In this document: piece by piece, positions 19,417-29,139 of the stretch
Layout of the letters: every line of letters starts with the position of its first letter
Position numbering within the stretch: position 1 is the stretch's first letter
DNA from: an uncultured Acidobacteriaceae bacterium
GTDB taxonomy: Bacteria > Acidobacteriota > Terriglobia > Terriglobales > Acidobacteriaceae
Assembly: GCA_963760855.1 (NCBI GenBank)
Contig: CAVXFD010000015.1
Location: forward strand, 102,852 to 166,851
Direction: 5' to 3'
DNA: 64,000 bases
Position numbers and translations under genes: made by a program
The notes under the pieces: generated by a model
What the model saw: only the letters and a program-made list of their open reading frames with translations
What the model was told of the DNA's origin: nothing
Database searches by the model: none

Positions 19417-20826
19417 ATGCAAAGCTTCGATGACGCTAATCGTTCAGTCCTGCAAAAACCGAGCGAGAAGTGGACTGCGCTTTGCCTGGCTCTACTTCTA
19501 ATGGCGGGCGCGGAGTTTATCGTGAGGGGTCCGGTGAGAGCCGTTCAGACCGCGACGGGGTTCAACGATTTTCTCTCTCCGTACATACAAGCGAAAGCAC
19601 TGGTTCGCGGTCTGGACCCGTACAGCCCGCAGGTGCTGCTCAGCCTCTGGCCGGCTGACGCTCCACATTTTTTTTTCTTGCCGAAAGAAGTAGCCAACGG
19701 AACGCTGGTTGCCAACCGGGGGATCCCGACGGCGTATCCGATCACCGCTCTCGTCCTTGTCACACCGTTCAGTTTGTCTTCCTGGAACGTAGCGTATTTC
19801 CTGTGGTTGGCGTTGGACCTTGCGCTGTTCGGGATCATGCTGTGGGTGCTGGTGGCACTGGCTGGGTTTTCTTATCGCGAACCTTCGACAATTTTACTGG
19901 TTGCGGGGACATTAGCTTTGGCGCCGTTCCATACTGGAATTGTGACGGGCAATGTCTCGCTGGTCGCGGTCGAACTGAGCATTATTGCGATCTGGAGTGC
20001 GCGGCGAAAGTACGACATTGCTGCCGGGCTTTTGCTCGCGGTGGCTTCGGGGCTGAAGCCACAGATTGGGCTGTGCTTTCTTCTTTACTATTTCTTACGC
20101 CGCCGTTGGCAGATGTGCGGGATCGCGGTGGTGCTGCTGGCTGGCGTGGCGGCTCTCGGGTTACTCCGATTGGAGATTGGCCATACTCCGTGGCTCTCGA
20201 ATTATCGAGATGACAATCGCATTCTGCTGCAGACGGGAGTTCTTGGAAATTTCACTGCGATTAATCCGACGCGTTTCGGTCTGATCAACCTGCAGGTGGC
20301 GTTGTATCCGCTGCTGGGCGGAATTCGGCGGACGAACACCGTGGCCATGGCAATTGGTGCGACTCTGCTGGCAGTGTGGATCATTTACGTGTGGACAAGC
20401 AGGGATCGAAGAGAGTCTCAGGACGATCGCGAATTGCTGGAGCTAAGCGCGATCGCAGTGATCAGCCTGTTGCCGGTTTATCACCGCTTCTACGACGCTA
20501 CGCTGCTGGTACTGCCGCTATGCTGGGCGTTCGTTTGTTTTCGTAGAGAACGCCTTTCGGCGGCATTGTTATGGGGATTGATGCTTCCTTTTCTGATTCC
20601 GGGAGGGACGCTGCTGGAAACCATGCAGATTGCCGGGCGCATCCCCGCGGCTTTGACGAAGCATTGGTGGTGGGAGGCGCTGGTGATGCCGCATCAGGTT
20701 TGGGCGCTCGTGCTTATGAGCGTGTTACTGCTCCGAGAAATGGACGTTGAACGACGCTCCGCCGCGCACGGTCCTAAGGGAGCCCTTGGCCTAGGTGCAC
20801 GATCTACCCCGATTCCGATACAGTAA
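19417..20826 (+). CDS. GT87/DUF2029-family membrane glycosyltransferase, second copy
   Basis: 469 aa, polytopic. [18 protein letters not shown] is the same motif as in 15006..16274. Confidence 0.7.
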   Translation: MQSFDDANRSVLQKPSEKWTALCLALLLMAGAEFIVRGPVRAVQTATGFNDFLSPYIQAKALVRGLDPYSPQVLLSLWPADAPHFFFLPKEVANGTLVANRGIPTAYPITALVLVTPFSLSSWNVAYFLWLALDLALFGIMLWVLVALAGFSYREPSTILLVAGTLALAPFHTGIVTGNVSLVAVELSIIAIWSARRKYDIAAGLLLAVASGLKPQIGLCFLLYYFLRRRWQMCGIAVVLLAGVAALGLLRLEIGHTPWLSNYRDDNRILLQTGVLGNFTAINPTRFGLINLQVALYPLLGGIRRTNTVAMAIGATLLAVWIIYVWTSRDRRESQDDRELLELSAIAVISLLPVYHRFYDATLLVLPLCWAFVCFRRERLSAALLWGLMLPFLIPGGTLLETMQIAGRIPAALTKHWWWEALVMPHQVWALVLMSVLLLREMDVERRSAAHGPKGALGLGARSTPIPIQ

Positions 20827-20834
20827 TGGTTCCC

Positions 20835-22127
20835 ATGCTCGATCTGAATTTTGTGCGCGACAATTTGCCCCGGGTGGAAGAAATGCTGCGCCAGCGCGGC
20901 GCGGACCCGGCTGCCGTGTTGAAGGATTTCCGCGAGGTGGACACCCAGCGACGACAGGCCATCACAGAGGCCGAGACCATGAAGGCTCGGCGGAATAAGG
21001 CCTCGGAAGATATTGCCAAATTGAAAAAGGCGGGGCACGATGCCACGGCAGCGATCACGGAGACGAAGGATCTGCGCGAGCAGATTCAGGCACGGGAGAA
21101 AACTGCTGAGGATCTTGACGCTCGGCTGCGCGATATTCTTGCCGGAATTCCGAACCTGCCGCACGGAAGCGTCCCGGTGGGGTACAGCGCGGAAGAAAAT
21201 GTGGAAGTCCGGCGTTGGGGAACGCCGCCGAAGTTTGACTTCACTCCCAAGCCGCATTGGGATCTGGGCGCGGAGTTGGGCGTGCTCGACCTGGAACGCG
21301 CGGTCAAGCTGACGGGGGCGCGGTTCGCGGTCTACTGGGATCTGGGCGCGAAGCTGGAGCGGGCCCTGGCAAATTTCATGCTCGACTTGCATACGCGCGA
21401 GCACGGGTATACAGAGGTGCTGCCGCCTTATCTGGTGAATTCAGACTCGATGTACGGTACGGGACAGTTGCCGAAGTTTGCGGCAGACTCGTTTCGCGTG
21501 CCGCATGGAGAGAAGGATCTGTGGCTGATTCCGACAGCTGAGGTGCCGGTCACGAATCTCTATCGCGACGAAGTTCTGGATGCGGCGCGTTTACCGATTT
21601 CGCTTACGGCGTATACGCCGTGTTTTCGGAGCGAGGCGGGATCGTACGGGAAAGACGTGCGCGGCATCATACGGCAACATCAGTTTCAGAAGGTGGAACT
21701 CGTGAAGTTTTCGCGGCCGGAGAACTCGTATGAGGAGCATGAGAAGCTGACCCGAAACGCGGAGACAGTTCTGCAGAATCTTGGCCTGCACTATCGCACG
21801 GTGGCGCTGTGCACAGGAGACATGGGAGCCGCTTCGGCCAAGACGTATGACATTGAAGTTTGGCTACCCGGTCAACAGTTGTTTCGCGAGATTTCTTCGT
21901 GCTCGAATTTTGAGGCGTACCAAGCCCGGCGGGCGAATATCCGCTACCGTCCAGAGGGCAAGAACAAGACGGAGTTCGTGCATACGCTGAATGGAAGCGG
22001 ACTTGCCGTCGGGCGGACGTGGGTGGCGATTGTGGAGAATTACCAGCAAGCCGATGGGAGCGTGATCATTCCCGAGGCGTTGCGGCCGTATATTGGCGCT
22101 GAGAGAATTACAGCGAAGAAGTTTTAG
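20835..22127 (+). CDS. serS: serine--tRNA ligase
   Basis: [22 protein letters not shown] is a canonical SerS N-terminus. Class II motifs are present ([16 protein letters not shown]). An upstream in-frame ATG at 20826 overlaps the preceding stop codon (TAATG). Confidence 0.95.
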   Translation: MLDLNFVRDNLPRVEEMLRQRGADPAAVLKDFREVDTQRRQAITEAETMKARRNKASEDIAKLKKAGHDATAAITETKDLREQIQAREKTAEDLDARLRDILAGIPNLPHGSVPVGYSAEENVEVRRWGTPPKFDFTPKPHWDLGAELGVLDLERAVKLTGARFAVYWDLGAKLERALANFMLDLHTREHGYTEVLPPYLVNSDSMYGTGQLPKFAADSFRVPHGEKDLWLIPTAEVPVTNLYRDEVLDAARLPISLTAYTPCFRSEAGSYGKDVRGIIRQHQFQKVELVKFSRPENSYEEHEKLTRNAETVLQNLGLHYRTVALCTGDMGAASAKTYDIEVWLPGQQLFREISSCSNFEAYQARRANIRYRPEGKNKTEFVHTLNGSGLAVGRTWVAIVENYQQADGSVIIPEALRPYIGAERITAKKF

Positions 22128-22130
22128 CTT

Positions 22131-22177
22131 TTAGCTCTTGGCCTTTAGCTAAAGCCCAGAGCTAAGAGCCAAGGCGC
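22131..22177 (+). terminator. imperfect hairpin of the AGCT/CCAAG word-repeat family after serS
   Basis: CTTGGCCTTTAGCT - AAAGCCC - AGAGCTAAGAGCCAAG, about 13 of 16 positions paired, directly after the serS stop. There is no clear T-tract. Confidence 0.35.
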
Positions 22178-22212
22178 TGTAGCATTGCCAAGAAAGGACG
22201 CGGTCACTAGAC

Positions 22213-22638
22213 TTGCAGCGTGTGGAAATCAGCACGACGGCGGCGGGCGCGCCATCCCTACCGATGAGCGGCGTTTGGCCTACAATCCGAAGCTATATTT
22301 TCTGGCAGCATGAGCGTGGCACCCTGCATTACGACATCATGGTCACGCTGATTCTCCTCTTCATCTTTTCCTCGCCTTATTGGATCAGCTTCAACGACAA
22401 ACCCGTGCCAGGCAATCCGCATCTGACGGAAGTAGTTGTAACTCCCGATGCACAAGGCGGACTGGTCTACGAGATTTCGGGAGCTGCGGTTTCTCCCGGC
22501 GATGAAGATTCAGTGCGGGGACAACTGCTGAAGATCATCGAGCCGATTTCGGGTGCGGTGTCAATTATGAAATTCGACGCTGTTTCCGATCGCAGCGGGA
22601 AGGTCCAGAGCTATCGAGTTTGGGTGAAGAGAGAATAG
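22213..22638 (+). CDS. hypothetical membrane-anchored protein
   Basis: 141-aa ORF with a TTG start; ATG 22264 (MSGVWPTIRSY...) is an alternative. One TM (IMVTLILLFIFSSPYWI). No family recognised. Confidence 0.5.
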   Translation: MQRVEISTTAAGAPSLPMSGVWPTIRSYIFWQHERGTLHYDIMVTLILLFIFSSPYWISFNDKPVPGNPHLTEVVVTPDAQGGLVYEISGAAVSPGDEDSVRGQLLKIIEPISGAVSIMKFDAVSDRSGKVQSYRVWVKRE

Positions 22639-22652
22639 TGAGGCAAGCTCGC

Positions 22653-23393
22653 ATGATGCCGATAATTCTGCTCTGGCTGGCGGTAGCTTACTCATCCTCC
22701 TCTGCGCAGACGTCCATCGGATTACTCTCGCTGGCCGTACTGAGTTCTTACCCGGCTCTGCAAGCTCAGAAGCCCGTGACTTTGGACGGCGTTTTGCAAA
22801 CGATGGATGCGACAGCGGCTCACTTCCAGACGGCACAAGCCGATTTTGTCTGGGATCAGTATCAAAAAGTTGTGGATGAACACGACTTGCAGAAGGGCAC
22901 GGTTTACTACCGGCGGTCGGGGCAAGAAATTGAAATGATGGCGGACATCAGGGAACCGGACCGCAAGTTCGTGCTCTATAAAGAGGGCAAGCTCCAGGTA
23001 TACCAGCCAAAGATTGAACAGGTCATTGAATATTCGACGGGAGCGAACCACAGCGAGATCGAAAGCTATCTGGTGCTAGGCTTCGGTGGCAGCGGGCAGG
23101 ATTTGAAAAAGTCATTTGATGTAAGCTTTGAGGGCGAAGAAACCATTGACGACATTGCGACCGCGAAACTGCACCTGATTCCCAAGAGCGACAAGGTGAA
23201 GAATTATTTCAGTGAAGCGTTTCTTTGGATCGACGTGAATCGCGGCATCTCGATCCAACAGAAGTTCGTCCAGGGTCAGGGTGATTCCCGCACGGCCAGG
23301 TACTCGGCCATAAGGGTTAATACCAAGATCAATAACGATGTGTTTCGGCTGAAAACCACGAGCAAGACGAAGTTTGTCTCACCTCGTGGCTAA
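22653..23393 (+). CDS. LolA-like outer membrane lipoprotein carrier/sorting family protein
   Basis: Signal peptide MMPIILLWLAVAYSSSSAQ. The body has the LolA-like pattern (FQTAQADFVWDQY...GTVYYRR...KLQVYQP...AKLHLIPK). Confidence 0.55.
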   Translation: MMPIILLWLAVAYSSSSAQTSIGLLSLAVLSSYPALQAQKPVTLDGVLQTMDATAAHFQTAQADFVWDQYQKVVDEHDLQKGTVYYRRSGQEIEMMADIREPDRKFVLYKEGKLQVYQPKIEQVIEYSTGANHSEIESYLVLGFGGSGQDLKKSFDVSFEGEETIDDIATAKLHLIPKSDKVKNYFSEAFLWIDVNRGISIQQKFVQGQGDSRTARYSAIRVNTKINNDVFRLKTTSKTKFVSPRG

Positions 23394-23479
23394 GTGGTTG
23401 AATTTGAAGGGCAAGAATGTGTTCGGAAAAATGCGGGCAGGGCGCTATACTGCCTTAAGTTCCTCATTGGATCCCACGC

Positions 23480-23698
23480 ATGGCCAAAGTGTTCACGATT
23501 CCTGTTCCTCCGAGATTAGGTCGTTCCACCAAAAGAGAACGCTCGTCCGATCCGCGCTACGTGGATGGACAGCGTCTGCTGGTGGAGGCCATGAGATATT
23601 TGGCTCAAAGCGACCCGGTGACCAACCGGTCGGCGATCGAGTTGATCTCAGAGCACGTGCGTACGCGATTCCGCATGAGCGATTCGCCGCTGTCGTAA
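23480..23698 (+). CDS. small hypothetical protein (72 aa)
   Basis: ORF only; no RBS or family recognised. Confidence 0.3.
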   Translation: MAKVFTIPVPPRLGRSTKRERSSDPRYVDGQRLLVEAMRYLAQSDPVTNRSAIELISEHVRTRFRMSDSPLS

Positions 23699-23726
23699 GA
23701 GTCCCACCCCGCTTCTGTGGGTTCGC

Positions 23727-26700
23727 TTAGAAGAAGGCCTTTAGCGCGAACTGAATAATCCTTGGTCCCCGATAATACGGCGAAGTGGAGGGGGAAGAAT
23801 CGGTCGAAACCTGACCGAACTGGCTACCGCCGCCCACCGATCCTCCGGTGGAAGTTGGTCCGTAAAACTGGACGTGATTGAAGGCGTTGAAGAAGTTGGA
23901 TTGAAACTGCACGGACTTGCTCTCGGTGATCTTGAAGTTCTTCATGATCGAGATGTCCCAATCGTTGATTCCGGGTCCGCGCAGGACGTTTCTTCCCATG
24001 TTGCCGTAGCTAAACAGCGGCACACCTCCCTGCGTCAGGCCGAGGCCGGCGACGTACGGTTGCCCAGCGGGCGGACCTACGGAGCAAACCACGTTGGTAG
24101 GATCGAAGAAAAAGTATCCGGTGGTGGTGCCGGAAAGGCAACTTCCGTGGATCCCGTCCGCGCTGGGGCTGAAAGTGCGCATCTGCCGTGGGTTCTTGAA
24201 GACCTGGATTGGGCCAACGACATCGGGGCGGTCCAGTCCTTCGTTGGATTCGCTGGCTCCGTTGCTGGAGAAAAGTGTAAATGGATTTCCCGATTGGAAC
24301 GACGTGATCGACGAAAGCACCCACCCGCCGAGAACATTTCTCCGCAGTTTAGTGCCGCTGTTGCCCCCCGGTATTTGCCAGACCGGGCTCAGCACCAATC
24401 GCTGTCGCGCATCGAAGTCCGCCAGACCGCGGTCGAAGGCCGGGTCAGTCGGATTAGTGTAGGTGGACGAGCGGGCGCGGAAACCCGAAGCGATATCAAT
24501 AGTCTTGGCCAAGGTATAAGCGACTCGAAAGCCGAGGCCATGATTCATTCTGCGGTCCACGGTGACTTGCATCTCGTTGCTGGAAGAGCTGCCGTTGCTC
24601 AGATTCGTTTCAATCTGAGTGGCGCCCGAGGGCAGACTACCTCCATTACAGGCCGCAAGCGGACGAGCGCAGTCGGGTGAGATGAAAGTGAGGGGATCGG
24701 ACGCGGATGCTACGGCCGCCTGGTATTGCGCCATCAAATTTTGCGGATTGCTACCAGTAATTTCAGGATAGTTCAGGTTGATACTGCCGATCGCGCGGCG
24801 GCTGAGGCTGCCGACGTAGACCGCCTCCAGCACCGTGTCCTTCGAAAGCTGGTATTGGAAGCCGTAATTAAAGTTCTCGGCGTAGGGAGTGCGGAAGTGA
24901 GGAGTGACCACGTACGCAAAAGGAATCGCCGGAGTAAAGAATTGCCCAAGGTGACCTCCCGCGATGAAAGGATACGGATTGGAAAAGCCAGCGGTAGCTG
25001 TCTGGAATGGATCGGCCGTATAAGAGCCGTTGATGGGAAGGAGATCGCCCGGCGTGGGCTGCGCGCCAGCAGGGAGGAAGCCCGGATAGTTATTTGCTAC
25101 GTATCCGAAGGGAGCCTGGCCTCCAAACTGCAGGTTCAGCGCGCCATCTTCGATGTCCCAGAAAATCCCAGCGCCGCCGCGCATTACCAGTTTGGCGTTG
25201 CCTAACATATCCCAGGAGAAACCGAAGCGAGGAGCAAAGTTAGTCTTATCGGGATAAACCAAGCCCCGGTTGGGTGTTCCGGGATCGCCCGCGTATAGGA
25301 AATCGGGAGGCGAAGCTGGGTAAAGGGTTGACTGTTGTCCGGGAAACCAGCCCTGAATCTGATTTCGGGGATCGACTTGCGGCGAGTTGTATTCGTAGCG
25401 CAGACCGTAATCCAGACTCAAGCTCTTGGCAACTTTCCACGTATCCTGGGCAAAGAAATCCAACTGGTGGGTTCGTATGCCGTAGATGGCGCTGGAGAAC
25501 TGATAGTAGTTATCGGTAAAACCGCCAACGAAATCGGCGAGAGCGCTGCCCGTATTCGTGTAATAGGTTCCGAAATCGAACGATCCGTTGTTATAAAAGT
25601 CGTAATGGAAGTTTTCCTCGATCCAGCGGATATCGGCTCCAAACTTCAGCGCATGGCTGCCCCTGGTCCAGGAAAAAGTATCCTGGTACTGAAAAGTGCT
25701 GTCGTGAATCTTGGTGGGGCCTTGGGGGGAGGGGCCGAGGTTGAATGCGCCATTCACCGAAACAGCGGGCGGGGCTATGCCGTTTGGATCGTCCGGAATT
25801 ACCGTTAAAAATCCCAGTGCCGATGGCGGTGTTTTATCCGTGGGTGTGGCGTCCAGCGTGGCAACGCGATTCGTGGAGAAGCGCAGTTCGTTCAACTTGG
25901 TGGGAGAGAGAATACGGGTCCAGCTAAGCGATCCGGTTTGATAGCGCTGAGCATTGGTGAAACCCGAGCCCACGGGGACGTTTCCTCCAGTGGATGCGCC
26001 TTTGAGAACTTCGAAGGGAAATACCTGGGGCTGGTCGTCGAATACATAAAACGCCGAGAGGGTATCTTTACTGGAGATGTTGTAGTCGTAACGGAAAATG
26101 AACTGGTCTTCCTGCAAACTGGCCACGGGGTCTTCGACAAAACCGTTGGTTCCGGTATTCGGCAGGGGTAGATAATTTTTGATGTAGTTTGCCATCACGG
26201 AGTCAACCGGCACCTGGTTGTTGGGGAAAGTGCTCACGCCGGTTGTTGGGTCGATCGGGCTCGCGCCCGTTGGATCAGTGAGCGGAAACCCCAGATCGCT
26301 GAAATCGCCGGTACGTTCCTGCGGGGTCAAGACCGTGAGAATTCCTGGATTTTGCCCTTCCGCCCGCCGCGCTCCCTGATAAGAGGCAAAGAGAAACATC
26401 TTGTCTTTCTTGATGGGAAAGCCGACGGTTCCTCCAAAGATGTTGTATCGGAAGATGGGAACCTGTTGCAGGAAATAATCGGAGGCGTCCAGAGCGGTAT
26501 TGCGAAAATAATCGAAGAAGTCGCCGTGTATGGTGTTGGTGCCGGACTTAATGACCTGATTCACGATGCCGCCGGAGGTGCGGCCGTACTCCGCTTCGTA
26601 ATTGTTGGTAATGATTTTGAATTCGGCTACAGCGTCGGGATTGGGGTCCACGACCATGTTATTTCCGAGGAAGTCGTTGTTGTCGGCGCCGTCGATCAGA

Positions 26701-27368
26701 AACGTTTCGGACTCGGAACGCTGGCCGCTCACAGAGAACGGATTAAGCGAGCCGTCATCCTGGTCGGGAGCAAATACGCCAGCCTGCAGCAGGCCGAGTT
26801 GCATGGTGTCGCGCGCGGCCAGGGGCAGCTCTTGAATCCGAGCGGTGGTTTCGACTTTGCCCAGGGTCGCGCTGACGGTGTCGACTTGGGTCACGTCCCC
26901 TGTGACCTCCACGACCTGGCTGGCGGTGCCGATTCGCAAGGCAACGTCCAAGCGGGCATTTTGGTTGATTTCGAGCGTGATGCCTTTGCGAACATACTTA
27001 TCGAAGCCCGGGTGCTCGACGGTAAGTTCGTAGGCTCCGATGGGAACGAGATTGAATACATAGTCACCATCTTTGCCAGTTGCTATCGTGCGGGAGGCGT
27101 TGGTCTGGGAGTTCCTCAGCGTGACCTTTGCGCCCACAATGACCGCGCCGCTAGCGTCTTTAACGGATCCCGCGAGCACCGCCGTGGCTTGCTGGGCAAC
27201 CGCGACTTCGCCGCTCACAAGGGCCATGCAAAGACCGAGAACCAGACGCCAGAAGACGGCGGAGAGACTTTGCGGCAGCCATGCTGCACGTGAGATGGAA
27301 GGAACCTGAGCCGTTGACCTGGGGGAAAAACCAACCGTGGTAGAAGATTCGATCTTAGCTGCACGCAT
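23727..27368 (-). CDS. CarboxypepD_reg-domain TonB-dependent-receptor-like outer membrane protein (copy 1)
   Basis: ATG 27368 after AAGGAG, with a signal peptide ending VAVAQQ. N-terminal GSVKDASGAVIVGAKVTL (carboxypeptidase-regulatory-like fold), plug-like segment, long beta-barrel region, C-terminal aromatic residue (...LKAFF). Confidence 0.85.
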   Translation of the reverse strand: MRAAKIESSTTVGFSPRSTAQVPSISRAAWLPQSLSAVFWRLVLGLCMALVSGEVAVAQQATAVLAGSVKDASGAVIVGAKVTLRNSQTNASRTIATGKDGDYVFNLVPIGAYELTVEHPGFDKYVRKGITLEINQNARLDVALRIGTASQVVEVTGDVTQVDTVSATLGKVETTARIQELPLAARDTMQLGLLQAGVFAPDQDDGSLNPFSVSGQRSESETFLIDGADNNDFLGNNMVVDPNPDAVAEFKIITNNYEAEYGRTSGGIVNQVIKSGTNTIHGDFFDYFRNTALDASDYFLQQVPIFRYNIFGGTVGFPIKKDKMFLFASYQGARRAEGQNPGILTVLTPQERTGDFSDLGFPLTDPTGASPIDPTTGVSTFPNNQVPVDSVMANYIKNYLPLPNTGTNGFVEDPVASLQEDQFIFRYDYNISSKDTLSAFYVFDDQPQVFPFEVLKGASTGGNVPVGSGFTNAQRYQTGSLSWTRILSPTKLNELRFSTNRVATLDATPTDKTPPSALGFLTVIPDDPNGIAPPAVSVNGAFNLGPSPQGPTKIHDSTFQYQDTFSWTRGSHALKFGADIRWIEENFHYDFYNNGSFDFGTYYTNTGSALADFVGGFTDNYYQFSSAIYGIRTHQLDFFAQDTWKVAKSLSLDYGLRYEYNSPQVDPRNQIQGWFPGQQSTLYPASPPDFLYAGDPGTPNRGLVYPDKTNFAPRFGFSWDMLGNAKLVMRGGAGIFWDIEDGALNLQFGGQAPFGYVANNYPGFLPAGAQPTPGDLLPINGSYTADPFQTATAGFSNPYPFIAGGHLGQFFTPAIPFAYVVTPHFRTPYAENFNYGFQYQLSKDTVLEAVYVGSLSRRAIGSINLNYPEITGSNPQNLMAQYQAAVASASDPLTFISPDCARPLAACNGGSLPSGATQIETNLSNGSSSSNEMQVTVDRRMNHGLGFRVAYTLAKTIDIASGFRARSSTYTNPTDPAFDRGLADFDARQRLVLSPVWQIPGGNSGTKLRRNVLGGWVLSSITSFQSGNPFTLFSSNGASESNEGLDRPDVVGPIQVFKNPRQMRTFSPSADGIHGSCLSGTTTGYFFFDPTNVVCSVGPPAGQPYVAGLGLTQGGVPLFSYGNMGRNVLRGPGINDWDISIMKNFKITESKSVQFQSNFFNAFNHVQFYGPTSTGGSVGGGSQFGQVSTDSSPSTSPYYRGPRIIQFALKAFF

Positions 27369-27572
27369 GGGGAAAGGCTCCTTGCACACGAGGCTATAAA
27401 AACGATTGTGACTCAGGGTCACGAACACCGAACTCAGATCCCCGAGCGTCATTGGGGCGCTATTGTGCAACTGCGGGGCCACAAAGGGCAAGCTGAATCT
27501 TCAGCTATTCTTGCGGTCTGAAACGATTGAATACAGCTTTTCACATATTACGTTCCGGATTTTGAAGCCTGT

Positions 27573-28997
27573 TTACGCGGGTTTTCGATGCGTACGATGT
27601 GATTTGCTGATGAAGAGTGCAGCGGCCAGGACTATGACCACGGGATAGCATTCCAGGGTGTAGCGAGGTTCCGGGTTCTCCAAGGTTCCTAGGAAAAGTG
27701 AGCGGAGTACGAGGAATAGGACGAGCAGTCCTATTCCGAAGAATGTGCGAGCCCGCAACAGACCCGCAGCGGCGGCAACCACATAGGCAAGATTGACCAG
27801 GCCGAAGACGATGCTGACTGCGAGCCATTGGCGTTCATCGTTGAACTCCCACCAGCGCGGATCGGAAGGCAGCAACTCCGTGCGCGGACGCAACCACATG
27901 TCGGCTATGCGAAGAACCGGAAGCCATAGGTAGTAACGTAGTGGGGCGAAGTGAATGCGCTGCGACGCGAGCGCGGCGAAGCGCGCGTCGAGTTCGGGAG
28001 TTACATCGTGATCGTGGTTGTAGTCGGCGAAAAGCTGCGCGGTTCCCTGGCGCTGCTGCTCCGAATCGAAGGCGCGACGCGGCAATTGCGCCAGGATTAT
28101 TTCAGAGCCTGGAACGTTCCAGTAGATTTCTTCGACGGAGACATAGTCCACGATCCAGGTCTTGGTCCAGCGATTGAATCCAGCCATGACAGGTTCATCG
28201 GAGTCGTTGGCATAGCGCGGGGCAAGCGGTTCGAAGCGATGCAAGGTATGGAGATTCCGGAGTGTCCACGGGACAAGGGGAGCGAGGGCGCTAAAGACCA
28301 AAACGATTCCGGCACGGAGCACGGAACGCAGGCGCGGCGTGCTTGCATCGCGTGCCCGCGGAACGATTTCTCTCACCAGAAGTAGAAGCAGATACCCGGT
28401 GACGGCGGCAAGGAGGATCCCACCGTCGGGTCGCAGGAGAATCGCGGCTCCAATGGAGAAGCCGCAGCCGATCCATGCGATGGTCGATCCTGACGAGTTG
28501 GATTCTGGAGAAAAGGATGTGAGTCCGCCTACGGCGAAATCCAGGGCCAACGCGGTGAAGAAGATTTCCAGCGTTTCGGTAAGGGCCGCCGCAGAATAAT
28601 TAGCCAGGAATGGACAGAGCGCAGCGAGCATGAACGCGGCTTTTGCTGCTCGACCATTCAGCAGGCGGCGCGCGAGATCAGCGATCAAGTAACATGTGCC
28701 CAGATCGAACAACACTTGGATCAGCAGGACCGCGCGGAAGTTGCTCCAGCCGAAGACGGCAAAGATCGCCGCCAGGAACGCGGGGTAGCCGGGGAGGCGG
28801 GAGAGCGTGGGAAGGACATGGCCGGAATTGGTGATGCCGTAAACGCCATACTGCAGCCAGTTCATGGCGATGTCGGCGTAGAGGCGCGAGTCGTCGACGA
28901 TGCCGGGAAAGTGGAGGACGAAGACTAGACGAAGAGCAACCGCTACCAAGCTTCCCGACAGAAAGAATCGAGCATCCTTGCGCAGCAGTTGCAGCAC
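27573..28997 (-). CDS. GT39/ArnT-like GT-C membrane glycosyltransferase
   Basis: 474 aa, polytopic. The first loop VDDSRLYADIAMNWLQYGVYG is typical of the ArnT/PMT_2 family. Confidence 0.65.
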   Translation of the reverse strand: MLQLLRKDARFFLSGSLVAVALRLVFVLHFPGIVDDSRLYADIAMNWLQYGVYGITNSGHVLPTLSRLPGYPAFLAAIFAVFGWSNFRAVLLIQVLFDLGTCYLIADLARRLLNGRAAKAAFMLAALCPFLANYSAAALTETLEIFFTALALDFAVGGLTSFSPESNSSGSTIAWIGCGFSIGAAILLRPDGGILLAAVTGYLLLLLVREIVPRARDASTPRLRSVLRAGIVLVFSALAPLVPWTLRNLHTLHRFEPLAPRYANDSDEPVMAGFNRWTKTWIVDYVSVEEIYWNVPGSEIILAQLPRRAFDSEQQRQGTAQLFADYNHDHDVTPELDARFAALASQRIHFAPLRYYLWLPVLRIADMWLRPRTELLPSDPRWWEFNDERQWLAVSIVFGLVNLAYVVAAAAGLLRARTFFGIGLLVLFLVLRSLFLGTLENPEPRYTLECYPVVIVLAAALFISKSHRTHRKPA

Positions 28998-29139
28998 GAT
29001 GAGAATATAGCGCGTTGAGTCAACTTCGCGCGCGGAAAGCGCATCTTACTCGCTAACTACGGCTTGCCGGGTTCCCTGTGCCTTCACACAAGAATTGACC
29101 GTCTGCCGCTGGCAGCATACGATGAACGCTTAACTGTCC

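Noticed and set aside
20824-20837. serS start at ATG 20826, overlapping the GT87 stop codon (TAATG)
   Set aside because: Kept as an alternative only. ATG 20835 gives the canonical MLDLNF... SerS N-terminus. The three extra residues (MVP) are not typical.
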